Part shown: positions 39,165 to 49,165 of the stretch, in pieces
Layout: every line of letters begins with the position of its first letter
How positions within the stretch are numbered: the first letter of the stretch is position 1
NCBI RefSeq assembly: GCF_036502675.1
Contig: NZ_DASXYF010000098.1
Location: 1,118 to 65,117, forward strand
Reading direction: 5' to 3'
From: Phenylobacterium sp.
Lineage (GTDB): Bacteria > Pseudomonadota > Alphaproteobacteria > Caulobacterales > Caulobacteraceae
DNA length: 64,000 nt
The notes under the pieces: model-generated
Told to the model about the DNA's origin: nothing
What the model saw: the letters and a program-made list of their open reading frames with translations, nothing else
Databases searched by the model: none
Program-made: the position numbers and the translations under genes

Positions 39165-39471
39165 TGGTTCCATCCCATGGGTCGGGAGCTTTCCAGGCTC
39201 CGGTTGTTGGAACGACCTCCTGAGCGGGGTTGATGGCGTCCAGGTCCACCAGCATCCGCTCGGTATGCTCGTCATAGCTCGGGGCGCGGGGCGCCCCTGA
39301 ATCAGATCATCGACCGACAGCCGGACCGAAGGGCTTCGTTGACCCGCCGTTCTCGTGGATACGACCGTCCTGCGACACTATGTATTCCATATATCGAATA
39401 GAATTTCCTTATCTTCTAACGGTCGGGTCGGAACGTCAATAGGCGCACGCGGTCGCATCCGCCGGTCGGCG

Positions 39472-40182
39472 TCAGCCGGAAGGCGCTTCCGGCTCGTCCG
39501 CAATGAACCGGTAGCCGACGCCCGGTTCGGTCAGGACCGCCCGGGGCGTGGAGGCGTCGCCTTCGATCTTCTGCCGAAGCTGGCCGATGAACACCCGCAG
39601 GTACTGGGTGTCGTCCACGTGCGCCGGTCCCCAGATGGCGAGCAGCAGCTCCCGGTGCCGCATCACCTTGCCGGCGTTCTGGGCCAGCCTGGTGAGCAGG
39701 TCGTATTCCTTGGGAGACAGGTGGACGGGCTCTCCGTCGCGACACACGAGACGCCTGGGAAAATCGATCGTCAGCCCGCCGGCGCGGATGACGGGCGGCG
39801 GCTTCGCCGAATGGGACCGGGCGCGCAGCGCCGCGCGCAGCCGCGCCAGCAGCTCGCCCAGCCCGAAGGGCTTCTCGACGTAGTCGTTGGCGCCCAGGTC
39901 CAGGGCTTCGATCTTCTCGGTCTCCCGGTCGCGGGCCGACAGGATGATGACCGGCTCCTGGTAGAACTCCCGCGCCCGGGCCAGCACCTGCTTGCCGTCC
40001 ATGTCGGGCAGGCCGAGGTCGAGCACGACCGCCGCCGGCGCGGCGCGGGCGATCTCCCGCAGCCCCTCCCCGCCGCTGTCCGCCCGCAGGGGTTCGAAGC
40101 CTGCGGCCACCAGCGCCGCGCGGAGGAAGCGATGGATCTGCGGCTCGTCGTCGATGACCAGCACGCAGGGATGACGGCTCAT
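39472..40182 (-). CDS. kdpE: Response regulator KdpE
   Basis: DDEPQI, LDLGLPD, ALDLGANDYVEKPF, YLRVFIGQLRQKIE, TEPGVGYR; coupled to kdpD. Confidence 0.95.
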   Translation of the reverse strand: MSRHPCVLVIDDEPQIHRFLRAALVAAGFEPLRADSGGEGLREIARAAPAAVVLDLGLPDMDGKQVLARAREFYQEPVIILSARDRETEKIEALDLGANDYVEKPFGLGELLARLRAALRARSHSAKPPPVIRAGGLTIDFPRRLVCRDGEPVHLSPKEYDLLTRLAQNAGKVMRHRELLLAIWGPAHVDDTQYLRVFIGQLRQKIEGDASTPRAVLTEPGVGYRFIADEPEAPSG

Positions 40183-42839
40183 GGATTCAACCCGGGCGTT
40201 CGAGGCGCTTTCGGGAGGCTGATCACCACCCGCGTCCCGTGATCGCCGTGGATCGGGCTGGCGGCGGCGATGCGCCCCCCCATGGCCTCGACGAATCCCT
40301 TGGAGATGGAGAGCCCCAGGCCCACGCCCTTGGTGCGGTCGCTGGGCTCCTCCATCCGGTGGAATTTCTCGAACACCCGCGCCAGCTCGGCCGTCGGGAT
40401 GCCCTTGCCCTCGTCCTCGATGCTGATCAGCACGTTGGAACGGTCCTCGTAGGCCGCCAGTTCGATGGCGGCGCCGTCGGGGCTGTAGGCGATGGCGTTC
40501 TCCAGGATGTTGACCACGGCCTGTTCCAGCAGGTGCGGGTCGAGGTGGGCCAAGGACAGCTCGGCGGGAAAGTCCCGCTCGACATGCCGCCGCCCGAGCC
40601 GGCGCGAGACGCGGTCGGCGGCGGCGACCAGGACGTCGCGGACGTCCACCCAGTCGGCGCGCATGTTCAGCCCGCCGCCTTCCAGGCGGGTCATGTCCAG
40701 CAGGTTGCCGACATAGCGGTTGAGCCTTTCGGCCTCCTCGCGGATGGACACGAGGAGGTCGCTGCGCACCTCCTTCGGCAGGGAGTCCTCGTAGTCGATC
40801 AAAGTCGTCGTCGAGCCCAGCACGGTGGAGAGCGGCGTGCGCAGGTCATGGCTGACGGAGTTGAGCAGGGCCGCGCGCAGGCGATCGGTGCGCCGGAGGG
40901 CTTCGGCGTCGGCGGCCGCAGCCGCGAGCTCCGCGCGCTCCAGCGCGACCGCGCCCTGGTCGAGCAGGGCGGCGACGAACCGCTCGCCCTCGTCCGTCGC
41001 GACCGCCAGGGATTCGACGCCGGCGACGCCGGAGACCGACCTCACGCCCTGCAACGGCCGAAAGGTCCAGGCGGCGGTCGGCAGGGCGCCGGCCGCCTCC
41101 CCCTTCTCCCAGCACCAGCGCGCAGCGGCCATGTCGCCGGCGGACAGAGCCTCGAGCGGGGGCGACGCGGCCATGATCTTCAGATCGCCCCCCGAGGGCC
41201 CCAGGACGACGGCCTTGCCGCCGGTGGCGGCGGCGAGCTGTTCGGCGAGCGCGGTCGCCGCCTCCTGCGCCTGGGCGGCGGCGGAAAGCCGGCGGGTAGC
41301 GGACAGGACGGCGGCGATCGCCGAGGCGCGCCGCGAGGCGCTGCGCTGCTGGTCGCGCACGCGGCCGGTCAGCCAGCCGGTGGCCAGCGCCACCGCGAAG
41401 AACACCGTGAAGGTGAACACGTCGGCCGCGTGCCCGATGTAGAGGGTCAGCCGCGGCGCCAGGAAAAAGAAGTTGTACACAAAGGCGGCGCCCGCCGCGG
41501 CCGTCACCGCCGGCCAGAGGCCGAACATCAGTCCCGAGGCCAGAACGCTCAGCATGAAGACCATGGCGAGGTTGGCGCTCTCGACCCGCTGGTTGACGAG
41601 GTCGGCGACGACGCCGGCGACGCCCACGCCGGCCAGGGCGGCGAGATGGCCGCTCCAGGGCGCGTCCCGCCAAATCAGGCGCGGCTTCGGCTCCGGCGCA
41701 TGGGGCTCCGCCGACTGGGTGATCACATGCAACGCCGCGCCGTGGGCTTCGTCGAGCAGCGCCCGGATCAGGTCGCGCCCCAACAGGCGCCTGCGCCTCA
41801 AGGTCTTGCCGACCACGATCTGGGTCACGTTGTTGCGGCCCGCATAGGCCAGGACGCAGCCCACGAGGTCGTCCCCGGTGAGGGTCACCGCCGCGCCGCC
41901 GAGCTGGGTTGCGAGCTTGAGCGCGTCTCGCAGCCGCTGCGACCCGGCGGCGGTCGGCGGGGCGGCGTTCGGGCGCTCCACGTGCGCCACCGTCCAGAGC
42001 GCGCCCATCATCATGTCCGACAGGCGCTTGCCGGCCCGCACCAGGGCGCCCGCCATGGCGTCCGGCCCGACGAGGACCAGTATCCGTTCGCCGGCCGCCC
42101 AGGGGCCCTCGACGCCCGCGCGGCGCATGGCGCCGATCAACTGGACGTCCACGGTCTGGGCCGCCCGCCGCAGGGCCAGCTCGCGCAAGGCGGTGAGGTT
42201 CTCGACCTTGAAGAACCGATCCGCCGCGACCTGGGCGGTCTCGCCCAGGTAGACCTTTCCTTCGGCCATCCGCTCGCGCAGCCCGCTGGGCGTGATGTCG
42301 ATCAGCTCGATCTCGTCGGCGCGGGACAGGGCCGAGTCCGGCACGGTCTCGCGTTGCCGGACGCCGGTGATCTTCCAGACCACCTCCAGCAGGCTCTCCA
42401 GATGCTGGACGTTCAGGGTCGTCCAGACGTCGATTCCGGCGTCGAGCAGTTCCTCGATGTCCTGCCAGCGCTTCGGATGACGGGAACCGGGGGCGTTGGA
42501 GTGGGCGTATTCGTCCACCAGCAGCAGTTGCGGCTTGCGGGCCAGCGCCCCGTCCAGGTCGAGCTCCATCAGGGTGCGGCCGCGGTAATCGATCGGCTTG
42601 CGCGGCAGGACCTTCAGCCCGCGCAGCAGCGCCTGGGTCTCCTTGCGGCCGTGGGTCTCGACGACCCCGATGGCGACGTCGTCGCCCTCCGCCTTGCGGC
42701 GGCGCGCCGCGCGCAGCATTTCGTAGGTCTTGCCCACCCCTGGCGACATTCCCAGGAAGACCTTCAGCCGTCCGAGGCGGTGCCGCGACGCCGCCAGCAT
42801 GGCGTCGGGGTCAGGCCTGCGGGGCTCGTCCTGGGTCAT
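40179..42839 (-). CDS. kdpD: Sensor histidine kinase KdpD
   Basis: PGVGKTYEML, VDEYAHSN..RHPKRWQD, NVQHLESL, USP domain, 4 TM, SHDLRTPL, GLGLSI. Confidence 0.96.
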   Translation of the reverse strand: MTQDEPRRPDPDAMLAASRHRLGRLKVFLGMSPGVGKTYEMLRAARRRKAEGDDVAIGVVETHGRKETQALLRGLKVLPRKPIDYRGRTLMELDLDGALARKPQLLLVDEYAHSNAPGSRHPKRWQDIEELLDAGIDVWTTLNVQHLESLLEVVWKITGVRQRETVPDSALSRADEIELIDITPSGLRERMAEGKVYLGETAQVAADRFFKVENLTALRELALRRAAQTVDVQLIGAMRRAGVEGPWAAGERILVLVGPDAMAGALVRAGKRLSDMMMGALWTVAHVERPNAAPPTAAGSQRLRDALKLATQLGGAAVTLTGDDLVGCVLAYAGRNNVTQIVVGKTLRRRRLLGRDLIRALLDEAHGAALHVITQSAEPHAPEPKPRLIWRDAPWSGHLAALAGVGVAGVVADLVNQRVESANLAMVFMLSVLASGLMFGLWPAVTAAAGAAFVYNFFFLAPRLTLYIGHAADVFTFTVFFAVALATGWLTGRVRDQQRSASRRASAIAAVLSATRRLSAAAQAQEAATALAEQLAAATGGKAVVLGPSGGDLKIMAASPPLEALSAGDMAAARWCWEKGEAAGALPTAAWTFRPLQGVRSVSGVAGVESLAVATDEGERFVAALLDQGAVALERAELAAAAADAEALRRTDRLRAALLNSVSHDLRTPLSTVLGSTTTLIDYEDSLPKEVRSDLLVSIREEAERLNRYVGNLLDMTRLEGGGLNMRADWVDVRDVLVAAADRVSRRLGRRHVERDFPAELSLAHLDPHLLEQAVVNILENAIAYSPDGAAIELAAYEDRSNVLISIEDEGKGIPTAELARVFEKFHRMEEPSDRTKGVGLGLSISKGFVEAMGGRIAAASPIHGDHGTRVVISLPKAPRTPGLNP

Positions 42840-42843
42840 CGCA

Positions 42844-43230
42844 TCAAGGCTGAGCCGGTTGGAAGGCGGCGTCCAGTGCGAGGTTGGTCTCGGTCACGAA
42901 ACCCACCGCCGTGTTGAACGCCACGTGCGGCGACAGGCCGGCGACCCCCTGCGGGTTCAGCGGCGGGTTCTGGAAACGCAGGATCAGGTAGAGCACGACG
43001 AAGCTGGCGATGGAGAACGCCAGCATGCTCATGGCGTAGGCGACCCGGTTCTGGCCCTCGTCGGCCTTGACGCCGCAACGGGCGTAGATCAGCCGCCCCA
43101 CGGGGCGCAGCACCGGGTCGAGCCAGGTGCTCGCCCTGCCAGACGCACGCGAGATAGACGCCCTGCGGCCACGCCAGCGCGACCGTGAGGCGATGGTCAG
43201 GACGATTTCCGTCCAGCCTTGCGCGGTCAT
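42844..43230 (-). pseudogene. kdpA: kdpA 5' remnant fused to a kdpC-like 3' end (kdpABC deleted)
   Basis: MTAQGW..(frameshifted LTVALAWPQGVYL)..WLDPVLRP..LNPQG..AFNTAVGFVT then ETNLALDA. Only 128 codons, with two compensating frameshifts. Confidence 0.85.
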
Positions 43231-43322
43231 CGGAACTTCTCCGGGCGGAGCAGGGCGTAGGCATAGGCGCCGAACAGAGCCAAGGCCCCGGCGCCCAGCA
43301 GCAGGAAGACGATGTCAAGCAT
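43227..43322 (-). CDS. kdpF: KdpF-like small membrane peptide
   Basis: 31 aa hydrophobic peptide ending YALLRPEKF; ATGA overlap with kdpA. Confidence 0.8.
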   Translation of the reverse strand: MLDIVFLLLGAGALALFGAYAYALLRPEKFR

Positions 43323-43395
43323 GGCTTGTCCCCCGGTGGGGCCCGGAGGACTAGCAGGCCGGCGCGCAAAGGCTCCGTTCGTAATGGTTGGCGGA

Positions 43396-43412
43396 TGTAA
43401 AGGAGATATAAA
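43396..43412 (-). promoter_or_regulatory. KdpE binding site
   Basis: TTTATA-TCTCC-TTTACA upstream of kdpF; same half-sites and 5-bp spacing as the E. coli kdpFABC KdpE site. Confidence 0.8.
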
Positions 43413-43550
43413 GACGAAGACCGCGACAGACGCCAATAAACTGCATTTATTCAAATAGAAAACAATAAATACTGGACCCGGTGCGGCGCCTTATGCATGT
43501 TCCGCGCGCCGCGAGCTAGAAGGCGGCAATGTCGTCGGGCGCATATCTCC

Positions 43551-45473
43551 ATGGCTGAGGCTCAAGGTGAAACGGCCCTGACGCGTGGTGGAGGGCGTGG
43601 CCGCTTCTGGACCCTCGCACTCGGCAGCGTCGGCGTCGTCTTCGGCGATATCGGCACCAGTCCGCTCTACGCCTTTCGCGAGGCGCTCGGGCAGGCGGGC
43701 GGCGTGCGGACCGAGGCGGTGATGGGCGTGGTGTCGCTGGCGCTCTGGGCTCTGATCCTGGTCGTCACCGTCAAGTACGTGCTGTTCCTGATGCGCGCCG
43801 ACAACAACGGCGAGGGGGGCGTCCTGTCCCTCGCCGCCCTGTCGGAGGCGGCGGTCGGCCGCCGGACGCCGCTGATCTTCGGCCTGGGCGTGGTCGGCGC
43901 GGCGCTGTTCTACGGCGACGCCGTGATCACCCCGGCGATCTCGGTGCTCTCGGCGGTCGAGGGGTTGCGATCCGTGCCCGCCCTGGCGAACCACGTCACC
44001 GAAGGGGTGGTGATCGGGACCAGCATCGCGATCCTGATCGGGCTGTTCCTGGTCCAGTCGCGGGGGACCGGCGGCGTCGGCCGCTGGTTCGGGCCGATCT
44101 GCCTCGTCTGGTTCGTGGCCATCGCCGGGATCGGGCTGCCGCACATCGTCTCGCAGCCGCAGGTGCTGACGGCGATCAGCCCGCACCACGGGATCCTGTT
44201 CCTGCTGCATCACCAGGCCGTCGGCTTCTTCGTACTCGGATCGGTGTTCCTGACCGTCACAGGCGCGGAAGCGCTGTTCGCGGACATGGGCCATTTCGGG
44301 CGCTGGCCGATCCAGGCGTCGTGGCTGTTTTTCGTCCTGCCGATGCTGGTCCTCAACTACCTGGGCCAAGGCGGCTTCGCCTTGCAGCAGATCGCTCTCG
44401 CCCACGGCGGCGCGGTGGAGAACGCCGACTGGTTCTTTCAGATGATCCCCGTCGCGCTGCGCGTTCCGATGGTGGTGCTGGCCACGATGGCGACGGTGAT
44501 CGCCAGCCAGGCGGTGATCACCGGCGCATTCTCGCTGACGAACCAGGCGATTCAATTGGGATACCTGCCCCGCCTGACTATCCTGCGGACGTCCGAGACC
44601 CAGGCCGGCGAGATCTACATTCCGCAGATCGCGCTGCTGCTCGCCATCAGCGTGGTGCTGCTGATCGGGATCTTCAAGTCGTCGAGCAACCTGGCCCACG
44701 CCTACGGCCTGGCGGTGACCGGAACCATGGTGGTGACGACGTCGCTGGCGTTCATCGTGGTCACGCGCCAGTGGCGCTGGCCGATGTGGGGCGCCCTGGC
44801 GCTGATCGCGCCGCTGCTGGCCATCGACGTCGTCTTCCTTGGAGCCAATGCGTTGAAGCTATTCTCCGGCGGCTTCGTGCCGCTGGCGATCGGGGCGGCG
44901 CTGGTCTTCCTGATGGTGACTTGGACACGGGGCTCGGACCTCATCCGCAGGAAGGTCGAGCAAGATACGCCGCCGATCGAAGACATGCTGCCCCTGCTCG
45001 CCTCCCGATCCGTCTTCCGGGCGCCGGGCACGGCGGTGTTCCTGACGTCCGACGCCTCGCGGACCCCGGGCTCGCTGCTGCACAACCTCAAGCACAACAA
45101 GGTGCTGCACCAGTCCAACCTGATCGTCAGCGTCGAGGCCGGCCCCACGCCGCGCATCGCCGAGGACGAGCGGGCCGAGATCGAACAGCTGTCGCCGGAT
45201 TTCATCCGCGTCCGCCTGACCTACGGCTACATGGAGACCCCGAACGTGCCCCGCGCCCTGGCGGCGCTGCGCAGGCGCGGCGTCCGGATGGAGATCATGA
45301 GCACGTCGTTCTTCGTCGGCCGCCGCACGTTCGTGCGCAGCGCCCACTCCTCCCTGCCGCCCGGCATGGACCGGCTCTACATGTGGCTTTCGAAGAACGC
45401 GGCCGACCCCATCGACTTCTTCCAGATTCCGCCCGGCCGCGTCGTGGAGATGGGGACCCAGGTGAGCATCTGA
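43551..45473 (+). CDS. kup: KUP/HAK/KT potassium uptake transporter
   Basis: GVVFGDIGTSPLYA, ADNNGEGG, TPAISVLSAVEG, GAEALFADMGHFG, YGLAVTGTM, HNLKHNKVLH. Confidence 0.97.
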   Translation: MAEAQGETALTRGGGRGRFWTLALGSVGVVFGDIGTSPLYAFREALGQAGGVRTEAVMGVVSLALWALILVVTVKYVLFLMRADNNGEGGVLSLAALSEAAVGRRTPLIFGLGVVGAALFYGDAVITPAISVLSAVEGLRSVPALANHVTEGVVIGTSIAILIGLFLVQSRGTGGVGRWFGPICLVWFVAIAGIGLPHIVSQPQVLTAISPHHGILFLLHHQAVGFFVLGSVFLTVTGAEALFADMGHFGRWPIQASWLFFVLPMLVLNYLGQGGFALQQIALAHGGAVENADWFFQMIPVALRVPMVVLATMATVIASQAVITGAFSLTNQAIQLGYLPRLTILRTSETQAGEIYIPQIALLLAISVVLLIGIFKSSSNLAHAYGLAVTGTMVVTTSLAFIVVTRQWRWPMWGALALIAPLLAIDVVFLGANALKLFSGGFVPLAIGAALVFLMVTWTRGSDLIRRKVEQDTPPIEDMLPLLASRSVFRAPGTAVFLTSDASRTPGSLLHNLKHNKVLHQSNLIVSVEAGPTPRIAEDERAEIEQLSPDFIRVRLTYGYMETPNVPRALAALRRRGVRMEIMSTSFFVGRRTFVRSAHSSLPPGMDRLYMWLSKNAADPIDFFQIPPGRVVEMGTQVSI

Positions 45474-45714
45474 GGCCGCCCCGGCGGCAGGCCTGCACCG
45501 GCTCTTCCTCGAACGATCGCCGCCCGCCACCCCAATGTACGCCGACGCCTCCCTGGTCGACTCTGTCACGCCGGCCGCTTTGGAGCGCGCCAACCGATTG
45601 TGCAGGGTCGGTTGCGGCGTTATCGAACCAAGGCATGTTCGGTTTCAGGCGCCGAGCCGGTTGAGGGAAAATCCTCGGTCCATTACGGTCCTGCGACAGA
45701 CGGGGAGGAAGATC

Positions 45715-46845
45715 GTGGACATCGCCGCCACCGAAGACCAGAGGCTCCTGCAGGAGACCACCCGACGCTTCCTCGAAAAGCGGTCGCCCATCGGCGCGCT
45801 GCGTCGGCTGGTCGACGACGCCGCCGGCTTCGACCGCGCCATTTGGCGCCAGGGCGCCGAACTCGGCTGGCTCTCGCTGTTCGTTCCCGAGGATCATGGC
45901 GGCATGGCCGAGTCGGGACAGGGTGTCGTCGATGCGGCCATCATCGCGGAAGAACTGGGAAGGGTGGTGTTCGCGGGCCCGTTCCTGCCGGTCAACGTGG
46001 TCGCGTCCGCCGTCGCCGCGGCAGGCTCCGAGGCGCAGCGCCAGGCGCTCCTGCCCGGGCTGGCCGCCGGCGAGCTGGTGGCCGCCTGGTGTTTCGCCGG
46101 TCCGGGCGCTTCGTCCGGCGTCGAGCCCAGCGGGGTCCGCGCCACGCGGTCCGCCGGGGGAAGCTTCGTTCTCCAGGGCGCGGCGTCCTATGTGCAGGAC
46201 GCGCAGGTGGCGGACCACCTCCTGGTCACGGCGGTGGGGGATGAGGGCGTGTCCCAGTTCCTCATTCCTGCGACGACGCCGGGGGTGACGATCATCCCGC
46301 TCGAGACCCTCGACCTCGGCCGCAGCCTGGCCGAAGTGCGCTTCGACGACGTGCGGCTGGCGGACGATACGCTGGTCGGCGCGCCTGGCGGCGCGGCCGC
46401 GCAGGTGGAGCGCCAGCTGCAGATCGCGCTCGCCCTGCAGTGCGCGGAGACGGTCGGCGTCGTCGACCGGACGCTGGAGTTCACCCTGGACTACGCCAGG
46501 GACCGGGTGGCGTTCGGCCGTCCGATCGGATCGTTCCAGGCGCTCAAGCACCGCTTCGCCGACCATGCCACGTGGCTGGAGGGCGCCAAGGCGGCGGCGG
46601 CCTATGCGGCCCGGGCGGCGCAGGACGCGGCGGCCGACGCCGCCATCGCCGTCAGCGTGGCGAAGAGCCACGGCGGCCGCTCGGCCACCGAGACTATCCG
46701 CGACTGCCTGCAAATCCATGGCGGCATCGGCATGACCTACGACCACGACCTCCACTTTTATCTCCGCCGGGCGGTCTCGAACGAGGCGCTTTGGGGAACG
46801 CCCGCGGCGCATCAGGAACGCCTGTGCGTTCTGGCGGGCCTGTGA
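45715..46845 (+). CDS. Acyl-CoA dehydrogenase, short subunit of a heteromeric pair
   Basis: AELGW, EELGR, RVAFGRPIGSFQALKH, QIHGGIGMTYDHDLHFYLRRA; GTG after GGAGG. Confidence 0.9.
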   Translation: MDIAATEDQRLLQETTRRFLEKRSPIGALRRLVDDAAGFDRAIWRQGAELGWLSLFVPEDHGGMAESGQGVVDAAIIAEELGRVVFAGPFLPVNVVASAVAAAGSEAQRQALLPGLAAGELVAAWCFAGPGASSGVEPSGVRATRSAGGSFVLQGAASYVQDAQVADHLLVTAVGDEGVSQFLIPATTPGVTIIPLETLDLGRSLAEVRFDDVRLADDTLVGAPGGAAAQVERQLQIALALQCAETVGVVDRTLEFTLDYARDRVAFGRPIGSFQALKHRFADHATWLEGAKAAAAYAARAAQDAAADAAIAVSVAKSHGGRSATETIRDCLQIHGGIGMTYDHDLHFYLRRAVSNEALWGTPAAHQERLCVLAGL

Positions 46846-46856
46846 GGAGCAACGAC

Positions 46857-48122
46857 ATGGCGCAGCGCGACAGCGAGCACCTCGACGGCGAGGACCAGCA
46901 CGAATTCCGGCTGCGGGCGAGGGCGTGGATGGCCGAGCGCCTGCCCCCCCGCCTGCCGGAGGAGCCGATTCTCGACTGGGACGACCCGGAGCTGGTGGCC
47001 AAGGACCGGCGCATCCAGCGGGCGCTGTTCGACGGCGGCCTGGCGGGCATCACCATTCCCAAGGAATACGGCGGACAGGGCCTCGACGCCCGTTACGAGC
47101 GGATCTTCCTGGAAGAGGCCCAGCCCTATCGGCTGCCGTGGGCCTTCGGCGTCGCCTTCAACGTCGTCGTCCCCACCCTGCTGGCGCACGGCAGCGAATA
47201 TGTGCAGCGGCGATACATCCCCGCGGTCCTGCGCGGGGACGAGGTGTGGTGCCAGATGCTGTCGGAGCCCTCGGGCGGATCCGATCTCGCGGGCCTTCTG
47301 ACGCGGGCGACCCGGACCGCCGACGGGTGGGCGCTCAACGGCTCGAAAGTATGGACGACCGGCGGCAACGTCGCGGACATGGCGATCTGCCTGGCGCGCA
47401 CCGACCCGGACGTGCCGAAACACGCCGGCCTGACCTTGTTCGCCGTCAGCATGCACGCGCCCGGCTTGACGGTGACGCCGTTGAAGCTCCTCGATGGCGG
47501 GGGCGACTTCTGCCAGGAGTTCCTCGACGACGTCGCCATCTCCGACGACGATGTGATCGGCGAGGTGAACGGCGGCTGGCTGGTGGCCACCACGCTGATG
47601 GTGAACGAGCGCGCCGGCGTCGGCCGCGGCTGGCACATCGGCCTGGGACGCGCGGCGACCGCGCAGCATCTCGAACTGGCCACCGGACTGATGGAGCTTG
47701 TCCGCGAGGCCGGCCGGGCGAACGACAGCCACGCGCGCCAGCTAGTCGGCGAGGCCTGGGTGCTGGACGCGGTGCAGACGCTCACAACGAAGCGGATCGG
47801 CGCCGGCCTGCGCAGCGGCGCGATTCCCGGCGCCTCCGCGGCCCTGCTGAAGCTGATGGGCGGCAAGATCGCGGCCCGGCGCACCGCCCTGGTGTCGGAA
47901 CTCGCCGGGCCGCAAGGGGTGGCCGCCCCGGCGGCAGCGGGCGGCCCGCGGACGGGCCTGCTCCGCGTCATGACCCACAGCATCGGCGGCGGCACGGCGG
48001 AAATGCAGAGCAACGCCGTCGCCGAGCGGCTGCTCGGCCTTCCGCGCGACGCGACCTTCGACCGCGAGATGCCGTTCAACCAGCTCCGCCACAACACGGC
48101 GCCCGCCTACCAGCGGGACTGA
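46857..48122 (+). CDS. Acyl-CoA dehydrogenase, long subunit of a heteromeric pair
   Basis: PKEYGG, WCQMLSEPSGGSDLAG, NGSKVWT, EFLDDV, NER, SIGGGTAE..ERLLGLPR. Confidence 0.92.
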   Translation: MAQRDSEHLDGEDQHEFRLRARAWMAERLPPRLPEEPILDWDDPELVAKDRRIQRALFDGGLAGITIPKEYGGQGLDARYERIFLEEAQPYRLPWAFGVAFNVVVPTLLAHGSEYVQRRYIPAVLRGDEVWCQMLSEPSGGSDLAGLLTRATRTADGWALNGSKVWTTGGNVADMAICLARTDPDVPKHAGLTLFAVSMHAPGLTVTPLKLLDGGGDFCQEFLDDVAISDDDVIGEVNGGWLVATTLMVNERAGVGRGWHIGLGRAATAQHLELATGLMELVREAGRANDSHARQLVGEAWVLDAVQTLTTKRIGAGLRSGAIPGASAALLKLMGGKIAARRTALVSELAGPQGVAAPAAAGGPRTGLLRVMTHSIGGGTAEMQSNAVAERLLGLPRDATFDREMPFNQLRHNTAPAYQRD

Positions 48123-48171
48123 AGCTCCGGAGCGACAGGCGGGCGCGGAAAGGCGGCGCTATGTCGGCGAC

Positions 48172-49155
48172 TCAATCAGGTTCGCCGGACGCCGACGGCA
48201 GGCCGGCGATCCAGGCCGCGACGCGGCGGAACAGTTGGTCCCTCGTCGGATAGACGAAGTGGCAGTGCCCCATCTGCGGGATGACGCTCACCGTGATCTC
48301 GGGAGACGCCGGGAAGGACGCCGGCACGGAGCGCGGCTCGGTGCAGATGTCCGCGTCGCCGTAGACCAGCAGGACCGGCGTGCCGATCCTGGCCGCCTGC
48401 GGCGTCCAGGACGCGGGCGTCATCGAGAAGGAGCCGCAGACCACGATCAGCGGCGTGGTGGCCCGCCGCATGGCCTGCAGGCCGCGCGGGTCGCCCTGGA
48501 AGAACACCGTCTCGGTGAGCGGCGTGCGCACCAGCTTGCGGTAGGGCGGCCCGCCTAGCGCCCGCAGGCGCGGGACCAGCTCGCGGCTGGCGGCCTCGGG
48601 ATCTCCCGCCAGCGACTGCAGCGTTTCCGGCAGATGCTGCACGAGGCCGTGCGGCCCCGACCCCAGGATCGCCACCGCCTCGTAGGGCGCGAACTGCCCC
48701 TGCGCCCAGCCGGTCAGCATTCCGCCCATGGAGTGCCCGACGCCGATCGACCGGAACGACGGCAGCGGCGGAAAATCCTCCAGCCCCCGGCGCAGCATGT
48801 CCTTCACCCGCGCGACGGCCTCCGCGTCCGCGGCGGCCACGGCCTGCGGGTGCAGCAGGAAGCCGTCCTCCGGCTTGCTGCTGTCGCCGATGCCGGGATG
48901 GTCCAGCGCCACGGTGATATGGCCGCGCTCGGCCATGGCCTCCGCGAAGCTGAACGACCGGTCGCCCTCGGCGTCCAGGTCGAAGTATTCCTTGGCGAGC
49001 CCGCCGCCCGGCATACAGAACAGCACCGCCGGCTCCGGCGCCAGCCGCTCGGGCGGCGGCGTGACGACGAGGACCGAGATCTCCGCGCGCGGCGCCGTGT
49101 CGCCGGCGACCGGCGCGACCGTGACGGCCAGGCGCCGCCTCGCAATCCCGCTCAT
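48172..49155 (-). CDS. Alpha/beta hydrolase
   Basis: PGGG..YFD, DHPGIGDS, GHSMGG, GDAD, MGHCH. Confidence 0.85.
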   Translation of the reverse strand: MSGIARRRLAVTVAPVAGDTAPRAEISVLVVTPPPERLAPEPAVLFCMPGGGLAKEYFDLDAEGDRSFSFAEAMAERGHITVALDHPGIGDSSKPEDGFLLHPQAVAAADAEAVARVKDMLRRGLEDFPPLPSFRSIGVGHSMGGMLTGWAQGQFAPYEAVAILGSGPHGLVQHLPETLQSLAGDPEAASRELVPRLRALGGPPYRKLVRTPLTETVFFQGDPRGLQAMRRATTPLIVVCGSFSMTPASWTPQAARIGTPVLLVYGDADICTEPRSVPASFPASPEITVSVIPQMGHCHFVYPTRDQLFRRVAAWIAGLPSASGEPD

Positions 49156-49165
49156 CTGCAGCTCC

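Noticed and set aside
36729-39233. 834-aa plus-strand ORF
   Set aside because: Antisense to the MFS and amidohydrolase genes; no recognisable domain.
40239-42917. 892-aa plus-strand ORF
   Set aside because: Antisense shadow of kdpD with no motifs; long stop-free shadow frames are expected at this GC content.
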